Source: Lama glama
Taxonomy: Eukaryota
Length of the DNA: 64,000 bases
Assembly: GCA_028534125.1 (NCBI GenBank)
Contig: CM052818.1
Span: forward strand, 45,448,001 to 45,512,000
Reading direction: 5' to 3'
Shown here: positions 37,938 to 47,615 of the stretch, in pieces
Numbering within the stretch: position 1 is the stretch's first letter
How the letters are laid out: every line of letters begins with the position of its first letter
The notes under the pieces: generated by a model
Database searches by the model: none
Seen by the model: the letters and a program-made list of their open reading frames with translations, nothing else
Told to the model about the DNA's origin: nothing
Position numbers and translations under genes: made by a program

Positions 37938-39488
37938 GACAGCATCTTCCAAGTAGCCATGCTCTTCCGGGGAGGCCTGAGCCCATCTCCAGCGCTAGGG
38001 AGTGGGTTGTAATCAGTTTAAGTCAACCATGGGGGTCCTACTCTCCTTTCTGGGATGGAGAAGGCAAGACAGTGTGGTACATTCTGTCCAATGAGACAGG
38101 AAGAGAAGTCTGCTGGGGGAGAGTATTTGTTGGATAAAGAGACACAGAGGAAGAGACGTCCTTTCCCACTGTCCACCAGCCTATGTTTTATCGGTACTGA
38201 TGCCAAAGAACCAGGCCCATCTTGGAACCACAAGGGGAGCTAAGCCCACTCCCTGAGCACGGAATCAAGAAAGATAAAGACTTGGGTCTCCGGTGTTGTT
38301 CCTGAGGCTCTGAGTGAATGAAACTGGAGCCTCCCTTCCTTGAGACTTCAGGTTGTGTGAGATGATCAGTTTTTCCCTGTTGCTCAAGCCAGTGTGTAAC
38401 GTAACCCTGCACTCACCAGACTCTTCTTAGGAAGTGTCCGGCAAATGGGCAGGAAGACGTGGACAAGCCTTTAGAAAGGGAGCCATGCCTGTCGTCGGCT
38501 TGCTCGATCTCAGACCCATTCCCCATCCCACCGGGGCCCTGCTTGGTTTCTAGCGCCAAGTGGAGACGGGGGCTGACTCCTGAAAGCCACACTCACTAGC
38601 TCCCTGGCCAACAGGCTCCAATCAGGAGGCCCTGGTAGGAGTCTGGAGGCTGGCAGAAGTGGATCCTTTCCCTCCTGTCTCTCTGCTTCGAGCAGCATCC
38701 CCAGCGTCCCCTCTGTGGTTCCAGCCCCTCCCGCCAGCCCCTCTCTGTGGTTCCAGTCCCCACCGGACAGCCCTCAGGTCCTCTGCCGGTGGCCCTCGCT
38801 CCCATTCGGGCCCGGCCCAGTGGGTGGCGGTGCTTCATGCAGCTGTGAGATACTCTGTTATCTCTGTAACTGGTTCCCATCCTAGCTGAATGCCCTCTAC
38901 TGAACTGCCTTGCACACTCAGGCCCACATGATATGGGGCACGGTGCGCTGAAGAGGAAGGTTTCGTACCTGTGTGTGGCAGCTACCCCGCCTTCTAAGAT
39001 CACCGGGTCCTGCAATCAGCAAGGATTTGGTTGGCCTGATGGGAAATGTAGGTCGAGGCCACTCCACAAAGGAGGAGCCCCCGGGGGTCGGATGCTTCCT
39101 CCAGAATGAACCCTTCACAGCCCTCAGTCCTCTCCCCAAGTGAAGGTGGGCACGCTGACGATGGCCTCTCTGTGCACCCTGGTCTTGTTCTGGCCCTGTG
39201 TGCCCTGGGCCCCACCACAACTCTCCCCAGCCCTGGACCAGCCTTTCCAAGCCCATGGTTCTCCATGATTATTTCTAATACTCAGAGGGGCGCTCATCCC
39301 TTTGCCCTTGGGCCCCAAGGTGAATTACCCTGCATAACCACTGTCGCAGTGACCCCAACACCCAGAGCAGAGCTGAGGATTAGCCACCCTCCTGACTGTG
39401 AGCTGCTCCAGGGCCAGGGCCTCCTTCTGTCCTCTCCCCCGTGGTGGTTGGGGGGCCCGGGCCTAGAATAAGGGCTCACAGGCTGCTT

Positions 39489-39596
39489 GTCTTGGTTTTG
39501 TTTTATTATTATTATTATTTTAATGGAGGTACTGGGGATTAAACCCAGGACCTCATGCATGCTAAGCACATGCTCTGCCACTGGGCTATACCCATC
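39489..39596 (-). mobile_element. tRNA-derived camelid SINE (Vic-1-like)
   Basis: Reverse complement of the same head; TSD CTCACAGGCTG (39475-39485, 39597-39607). Confidence 0.85.
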
Positions 39597-42500
39597 CTCA
39601 CAGGCTGTTTGAAGGGAGGCAATGAGCATCACCTTCAGATGCTCCTGCGGCCTCTCCTTGGGAACCCAGATACACGGCTGCCTTGTGTTCAGGGCCCCTG
39701 GTGGCTCAATCTGGCGTGACACTGCAGGCCATTCAGACGGTCTTGGTTCTGACTTGGCAGGAAAGTGACACTCACCACTCCTGGAAAGAGCACACACCTT
39801 CCTGAAGGCCCAGGTTACGCAAGGACCCTCCACATGCTGCTCCCTGCCACGAGAGGAAGAAGTCGTGCAGGCTTTGGGGATTCCCAGAGGTGGGGCCCTG
39901 CTCGGGTGGGGCTCTGGCAAAAATGGGGCAGAGGCAAAACCCAGCAGAGGTGCTGCAACACGTTGGGCCAGAGGCAGTTACCAAGAGCTTAAGAGAAAAT
40001 AAAATAAAAGAGACAGTTTTCTTTAAGCCTTGGGTGGAAGGTCAGGTTTCTCTGGGCCTTCATCAGTTCCCTGCTGGTCCCCAAGAGCCCAGCCCACAGC
40101 TGCATCCAGCAGGGGTCCTCCCTCCCCCAGAACATCACTTGCATGTAGGAGACACTCAATCTAAAATGAATGAATAAATGACCAAAGGAAATTATTCCGA
40201 ATCTCTTGTCCCTGGAATTTTGGATAGCACGTGGGGAGAAATTTCCATGAGTCAATCAGTCGTGTGGCAAATACAAATCACATATTTCTTAGGACAGCCT
40301 TAGTTTCAGTTTAGCAATACTGAGCGACTTTTGGGTACCAGCTAGAAACCAGATGCATGAAGATAGGTAAATTATGGTCCTGACCTCAAAGGCGAGGAAG
40401 GAGACCCAAGGTACCCGTACTGTGTGAGCCCCACTGTGATGTCAGGCGGGCAGGGCCTGCAGAGCAAGGTTTGGGGGGCGCTGGCAGAGCAGGAGATGAA
40501 GCTGGAAGGGGAGTAGGGCAGACCTTGGAGGGTCCTGGGTGCAGGCTAAGGTGTTTGGACTTAACCCCATGGATCAAGGGCCACCAGGGAAGGGTTTTAA
40601 ATTAACGAGTAAAGTGGTCAGAGCTGAAACCTTCTGTTCTGTGGTCAGCCCACATGCTGGGAAGCTGGTATGTCTGAAGCTGGCCCGACATACACTTCCT
40701 AGGACTCTGCCTTCAGTGCACCTAGAAGGCAGGCTCCGGGAAGCCAAGCATCACTACGACCAACGGGCCAGGTGAGTGAACTCCTGCTTCTCAACCTCTG
40801 GACAGAGGTCACCTCTTCTCTGCAATGTACTGTGTGGCCACCGGCCCGCCGCAGGGCCCTGCTGGGCTTCCGGGGGCCCTGACCCAGTTCCTGCCAGATG
40901 ACCCTAGTCCCAGAAACTCCCAGGGAGCCGCACCAGGGCGGAGGCCAGGTGGGGCAGTGATGCAACGGCACTGTAGAATACAAATGTCCTGGGACTTCCA
41001 CTTCCACTGGTGTCTTTGGCTTCCAACAGGTACTTTTGGAGATGCTCCACTTCTGTGATGACGCCTGTGTTGCTCAGAGCGGGGAGGGCCTCCCCGGAAG
41101 CTCTCAGTGCCCGGGGCGCGGCATTTGGATTTGGCAAAGATGGCATACTTCCCGCCTTCGAGGGTGGGTTGGATTTTTGGAAACACCTAAAACAATTCAA
41201 TGGCAAGGCTGGAATGTTAGTGACTGAGTTTCTGAACACTATTTTTGGTCAAACATCCACGTGCGACTAGCAGTGGCCTGGGACTGCTTCCCATTACCCT
41301 GAGTTATGGCCCCCTTGCAGGACAGCTCCTAACTTCCCAAAGTCCTCATGTGGCTGGATGTCATAAGCCTCACTCCAGCGCCAACTCTTACTACGCTTCT
41401 GGGAGGAAGTTTGGTGTGGAATATGATCACTGACACGTGGACAGAACACAAACTCATTTCCCAGAAAGTTCTCAATGTCAACTACTCCAGTATTGAGTAC
41501 CTGGATACATACATTCTTGCTGACCATTGTCTTTTGTGTTACGCTTTTTCAGTAAAAGTGACTTTTTAAATTTGTAATTACCATATACCTTTATAAGCTC
41601 TTTCGTGTAAATAAGTTAATAAAGAAGAAAAACCTTCCCCTGATGTGTCCTCAGTGTCAGGTCAGAGAATGTAGTCAGCAGATTCACACAGAACTCCTTG
41701 TAAAAGAAGTCAGGGATCCTCAGAACATCAGAGTCCAAAAGCCTGGGTTTTATCCAGTCCAATCCAGCCAGAGAGCATTTTACAGAAAAAGCTTGAGACC
41801 CAGAGAGCAGAAGTGATGTTCAGGGCCTCATAATGAGCTAGGTGCTGAGAGTCACTAAAAAAACTGGAGTTGGTTCCAGAATTTCGGTGGGATGACTAGG
41901 GGCGCAGATCTCATTGGCACATCCAAGGTGGTTTTTGATGTTTTTGCTCACTTCCCTAAGTTACTGCTTCTGCACCAAACACATAAACCTTATCTGCACA
42001 TAAGGGTAACATCCAGGTATCACATGGTTTGCAAGGATCTGCTGCTTTTCTCTAAGGGAAAAAAAAAAATAGGAAGGGAGAAGATAAAGTCTATTGAAAA
42101 TATGCAGAAAGATATTAATGACAAGCATTTGAACAAGGCCAAGTTTAGTCATCATTGGTTTACCTTCTTTGAATCCAGATTAATAACTGAGTTGAATGAC
42201 TCAGGTCTGTTAACTCCCAGACCCAAGGCCAAAACTCCAAGAGTTTGCCTGCAGTCAGCAGGGCCTGCCCTCGAGGAAGCAGCACCGCCTCCTTCCCTTG
42301 CTTCTCTTTCCTCATCTGGGTCGGATGGGTCATCTGGGCCGGGCCGGGCCTCCCCAGAGGGAAGTGCGGCCTGTGGGCAGTTTGCATATCTGGGGTGGGC
42401 TAGCAGGGAAGGCAGTGTGTGGGGGTGACCAGGGTGTGAGTGGTACACGTGAGTAGCAGAGGGACAGACCACCTGGCTTCCAGAATCAAGAACTCGTAGG

Positions 42501-44612
42501 TTCGGTCTAGCTAATACTTTTAATTCTAAAATACAATTCACAGAACTCAGTGCAAGGGGATCCTAGATCAGGCCCCAAGACTTCCCTTGATGGCTGGAGA
42601 AAGAGAAGTTCACAGAGGGACAAGGAGATGGTCAAGGTCACGGGACGACAAGCTGCTGGCAGGACAGGGGCAGGCTCTCCTTCCCTCCCCACAAGGTTCC
42701 TACTAGGATCTCCCATGCTGAGACATCCGGTCCCCTCTGCTGGGTGGAGGCCGAAGAGTAGGGACAGTGTTCACCACCCAAGGACTGGCTGATTGACGCG
42801 CCATGCAAAGCTGGGCGGTGCAGACAATACTCCCCTCTTGGCCTCAGCACTGGACCCAGGAGACTTCCGGAGTTTGAGGAAACCTCTGTGTCCCTGGAAC
42901 AAAATGTTTCTTCACAGAGCAGGGACAAATACCAGAGTGTTCACCATGGAATCAAAGCTGTCCCATTTAGTGCCTGGGGCTGTAATGTTCTCTGATGGGA
43001 TTGTTCATTTCACTTCATTGTTAATTTCATTCCCTCCTAGGAATTAAACTTGCTAGGGTGGGGATAACACCCCTCTCCCTAAGTGGTACCTGATACCCAG
43101 TGGTTACTCAAGGGCTACATAAAAATAAAGTTGATCAGGATGCCTAAGAGAAAAGGTACCTCTGCTTGTCATATCCTCTCATGTACGAAGATTCACTTCT
43201 CTTTGGTGTTTTCCCTTTCCTTGATTCTGTGGAAACCATGCATGCTCCAGGGAGACTCAGATCCTTCATTCACTCCTGCATTCCTCAAACAAGTACTCAC
43301 TGACTATGCCCCAGGCCTGGGGATCAGTACAAAAGGAGGTTTCTGTCAAGATCTTTGGGTCATCTAGTCCAGCCTCTTCGGAGGCCCAAGATCACACAGT
43401 AAGTTGGGGCCAGGTTAGGCTACAGTAAGTACTGAGCTCCTCCAGGGTCTCCTGCACTGACCTGTGTGGCTGCGGCTAGTTTCACGTTCTTCCTCCGACC
43501 GGCAGCGCTAAGGTCAGTCTCACTCTAGGTTGGGACATAATTGGATTTGGTCTACAAGGGCAGGAATGGTAATAATGCAAGGGGAAAATGTGTTCCAAAT
43601 CTCTGCAGTCCCTCCCTGCGGTGGGGGATGGACTGCACCTGAGAGGCCATTGTCCATCGGAGCCTCAGCTGCACTCTTGGACTCCCAATTTCTGACACAG
43701 CTTTTATCATATGTATCCACTGCGTAGACGCTGTTGGTTTGCTGGGAAACCCTCAAAGGGTTTCAATTCCAGCTGCCCTTAAAGAAGTCATTGGTAAGCG
43801 CCATCCGATACAGTAAGGCGCTTTGTGGTTTGTGGATCTGTTACTTCTTACCTCTTCCCCAAATGCCCTTAGACGAGCCTCTGGCTTAATAAGCGTAACA
43901 TGTATCTTTGCGTATCCTTTGCTGTCTGCTATCTAGGTGGAAGGCACCTGGATGTTAGCCACGGTTTATAGGCGCAGTAGCTTGGGAGCAGCCCGAAGCA
44001 GTGCCGCTAACTTGCCAAGTGACCTTTCTCCCTTCTGCGTCTTTGCTCCCTTCTTGGTGGAGTGGTGCTGCGCCAGAATCACTTCCAGGTCCCTCCCACA
44101 GGAATGGAGATGCCGGGCAGCAGGGGCCAGAGTCCGCCAGGTGGGGTCCACGTGGCCCGCTCACGCCCGCGATTTCCTTTCTCCGCCCGAGGGCACGAGG
44201 CATTTAATGCCAAGTGGAAGAACAGTTTTGCATGGCGCAGATGCTGAAATTCAGCTGCGGTCCGAGGCAGGTTTTGCAATTCTGCGGCGGCGGCGGCGGC
44301 TCTCGTCCCCAGGCAGAGGGCCAGGCGCTGGCGCCGGAGGGCGCGCCGGTGGAGCCCGGGACCCGCGGCGTATGCGCGTGCGCGGGCCTGCGGCTGGGCC
44401 GGGAGGGGCGGGCGGGCGGAGCGGGGCGTGGCGGGCCGGCCGGCAGGGTGGCGCTCGGATGCGCTGACGTCGAACCGCCCGCTCCCCACGCCCCTCCGCC
44501 CGGCCCCGGGTTGGCGGCGGTCGCGCTCCGCCCTCTCCCTGGGAGGACGCCCGGACGGAACCGATCGCGGCTGGTTTGAGCTGGTGCGTCTCCATGACGA
44601 CACGCGCGGCGC

Positions 44613-44618
44613 TATAAG
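44613..44618 (+). promoter_or_regulatory. ODC1 TATA box
   Basis: gcTATAAGta within the GC-rich promoter, ~30 nt upstream of the inferred exon 1. Confidence 0.85.
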
Positions 44619-44640
44619 TAGCGGAGCAACGGCGCGTAGG

Positions 44641-44857
44641 GCTTTGTCAGTCCTCTCAGCCTCCGCCGCCCCTGTGCCAGCGCTCCGGCGCCACCTCGGG
44701 CCGGCGGTCCTCCGCGGGAGGGAGCGAGGCGGCGGGCGGCCCGGCGGGCGGCTGACGGGGGCGGCGGGGACAGCGGCGGGGCGGCCGGCGGCCCTACGCG
44801 CTTGGCGGCGGCGTTTTGTCTTAATGGGGTCGGCCCGCGGCGCCCGAGAGCTTTAAG
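44641..44857 (+). other. ODC1: ODC1 non-coding exon 1 (GC-rich 5' UTR; TSS approximate)
   Basis: Begins ~25-30 nt after TATAAG (44613) with GCTTTGTCAGTCC...GCTCCGGCGCCACCTCGGGCCGGCG, resembling the mammalian ODC1 5' end; donor TAAG|gtgaga at 44857/44858. Confidence 0.85.
44824..44856 (+). other. ODC1 upstream ORF, 10 codons (MGSARGAREL*)
   Basis: ATG GGG TCG GCC CGC GGC GCC CGA GAG CTT TAA at the 3' end of exon 1; length and position match the known mammalian ODC1 uORF. Confidence 0.85.
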
Positions 44858-46206
44858 GTGAGAGGGGCGCGTCCGGGCAGTTAGGAGGCGGCGGGAGCTT
44901 GGGGTGGCGGGGGGGGGAGGGGACGGCCACGTGTCCCTGCGCTCGGGCCGGAGGCCGGGGCAGATCCCGCGCCTGGAGCTGCGAGGACATGTGGCCCCAG
45001 ACCTTGGTAAGCTGCTGTGTCCCCGGCCCTGGTGACCCCAGTGTAGCGGGGCCGCGACCCCCAGCCCCTTGCACGCAAGGCTTAGGGCGGCCTGGGCTGG
45101 AACGGCCCGGGGTTCGCCTCTCCCGAACCATGTCAATGAGGGTTTCTCAGCCGGAAGCTGTTGAAGTCTCGGTCGTTCTTTCAACCGCTATTTTTCTTAA
45201 ACCCATGTGGCAGCCCGGTAGCAGGTGCAGGAGAGGTACCAGGCGAGCCGGCGCAGGTCTCCGGGCGCTCGTCGCTCATGCTCACTTTCATAAGGAAGAG
45301 ACGTGCCATTCTGCCGTGATGCCCTGGAATAATGTCCTCCTTTTCTTTCTTTCTTTTTTTTTAAGCTTTTTTTTTAGTTTGTTCTGTGTACAGAAGGAAT
45401 GACTCAGTATAGAAACCCACTGGAGTAGCTAGAGCTGAGATAACCTTGTAGTAACTGATACTGCTCAGCCGGCCATGGCTTATAATTGTTTAAGGAATCT
45501 TGGAATGACTTAGTGATTTAAGAAAAGCCTCGGTTATTAAGATCCCAGTTCAGGCAAACAGACTTAGACATAGAAGCCAGCCCCAGGGTTTTCAAAAGAG
45601 GCCAGCTGTGTATGAAAATGCTAAATATTGGGGGAAAGTGTGGGGAGCAGAACCTCTTAGAAATGTCTGGGGAGGACAAAGAATGTGTTCACTTGGGTCA
45701 GACCTAAAACTAGGTGTAATTTAGTTGACTTTGTACAATTTTCAGTTGCTGTCTGAGTTAGTACCTGTCTTTTCTAACGTTACCCAATTGGCAGTAAAGG
45801 ATTTCATAGCAGAAAAGTGCTATTTTGTGCTAATTGAGTCATTGTTTTAAATCATTTAGCTATGCAGAACACCAAAAACTGTTCTTGGGTGAAATTCAAA
45901 TTATTAAAATAAAGCTCCACATCGCAAGTTATTAAAATAAAGCTTTGAAAGGCACAGGACAGCAAAATATTTAATAGTAGTGTATTTCAGAGAAATAAAA
46001 ACTTCCTAAATCTAAATATTGCCTTAAAAATGTGTAACAAGATCCAGGATAACCCAGTCTGTCACTGGTGAGCCTATTTGACTGTTACAGACAAAATGGG
46101 TTTGCTGGCATCTAGTCTTTCCCTTCCCCTACGGGTGATTTGGGCAACGTAGGAACTTGACAATACTAGAAAGTCACAGTAGATCAAGTCTTACAAGTTC
46201 TACCAT

Positions 46207-46340
46207 GCATGGGTTTGGATTTATGGCAGGCCCGTCCCCCTGGGCCTTTCACAGTGTCCCATGCCAGAGGAAACTGTGGCCCCGAACCATTGCCTGGCCT
46301 CTGCCCATAGGCTGCAGGCACTGAAGCGGGTTGCACAGTG
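46207..46340 (+). ncRNA. SNORA80B: H/ACA box snoRNA, SNORA80/SNORA42 family (SNORA80B orthologue) in ODC1 intron 1
   Basis: Hairpin-hinge-hairpin-tail layout: GCATGGG (46207) pairs with CCCATGC (46258-46264); H box AGAGGA (46266-46271); ACA (46335-46337) 3 nt from the end. Guide pockets are complementary to 18S rRNA. Human ODC1 intron 1 hosts SNORA80B. Confidence 0.9.
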
Positions 46341-47273
46341 GAAAAGAGGCCCCAGCAGGCAGAAGTTAAATAGATTTAAAATTAGTGATTTTAAGGTAAC
46401 TATCATTTCCAATGTCACGTTTCATAAAGACCAAGGACAGTGGCTATGATTGTTAAATGAGCTTCATTTTTGTTTATTTGTAATTTATTACTGCCTGCTT
46501 ATTTTTGTTATTCAGCAAGTTAGCCAAAAATAATTCCCAGGTGATTCTCATTCGTAGCTAAGCAAGTGTTAGAGTGCATGTAAGGACAGTTGGGATCCCC
46601 AGAGTTGCTAATTTGATAGGCAACACTGCTTTAAGAAAATTGATTTCTGATCTGTCTGATACAGCAACTGTAATGTGTTGATTTGAAGAGTGCAGTTTTA
46701 AACAGACACATGCCTAGTGTGAAAATTGGCTCATAAAATTGTCAGGAAACTTAAGAGCACCCGGTAAGTCGAGAGTGATGACATGACGCCTATTAGTCAG
46801 TTAAAATTATTCTGTGTAAGACTCAGTGAAAGGAGGAAATAGCATGATATTTATACAGCAACTTTCAGTAATTGCTATAATGCTATTTTAAGCTTCTAAA
46901 GGAAAATAGCTCTGAAATAAAGTAAGCTATCACGAAACCTTTTTTTCGCATTAGTGAACTAAGTGCAGAAAAGCTCCTGAAACCTACATTCCCCATTTTT
47001 TAGCAGGAACATTTGAAGTTTTTTTGAGGTGGACAGTATTATATGTGAAAATTTAGTGTGAAAAAATCTAGTATTGAATCTGTGGTGTCCTCATTCCATA
47101 AAGGTTTATGAAATCGTGTGACTCAAACCTAGGAATAATGGGATTCCCAAACCCAGTGAGTGAGCTATCTGGGGGGTGCTTGAGTAGCCCTGCTGCTTAC
47201 ACATTTGCAGTCAGTACCTGATCTTCCCTTTTAATGTGTTCCTAAGGTGGACAGCAGATTCCGTGTTTATCAG

Positions 47274-47390
47274 AACGTTTTCCACCACTTCATCCAGGGC
47301 ACGCGCATCTTCGGTGGGACTTGGGATTCCTGAATTGCCTTTGTGAAAAGCAGGAATAATTTCTTTAAATTCCTTCTCTTAGTTTTCCTT
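47274..47390 (+). other. ODC1: ODC1 non-coding exon 2 (5' UTR)
   Basis: ttatcag|AACG acceptor and TTTTCCTT|gtgagt donor; TTGCCTTTGTGAAAAGCAGGAATAATTTCTTTAAATTCC resembles mammalian ODC1 exon 2. The acceptor could alternatively be at 47258. Confidence 0.8.
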
Positions 47391-47513
47391 GTGAGTATTC
47401 ATGATTGTTACAGATTTATCTTGTTAAGAATTAGTAAGTGTTGCTAAGACTTCTGAGTAAATTTGTCCTTCCTATTTGCAGTTTGTTGTGTTTCAGAACG
47501 ACATCAAGAAACC

Positions 47514-47615
47514 ATGAACAGCTTTAGTAATGAAGAGTTCGACTGCCATTTCCTGGATGAAGGCTTTACTGCCAAGGACATTCTGGACCAAAAAATTAAT
47601 GAAGTTTCTTCTTCT
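47514..47615 (+). CDS. ODC1: ODC1 coding exon 1 (gene exon 3, coding part)
   Basis: gaaaccATGaac start; [34 protein letters not shown]; donor TCT|gtaagt. Confidence 0.97.

Larger units (their letters stand above)
44100..45300 (+). promoter_or_regulatory. ODC1: ODC1 CpG island promoter
   Basis: Dense CpG and GC boxes (44400-44530), CRE-like TGACGTCG (44465-44472) and TGACGACA (44595-44602), TATAAG (44613-44618), E-boxes CACGTG (44149, 44928) and CATGTG (44988). Confidence 0.93.

Noticed and set aside
43937..45402. Many overlapping 100-190 aa ORFs on both strands
   Set aside because: Stop-codon depletion in the CpG island explains these Arg/Gly/Pro/Ala-rich translations.
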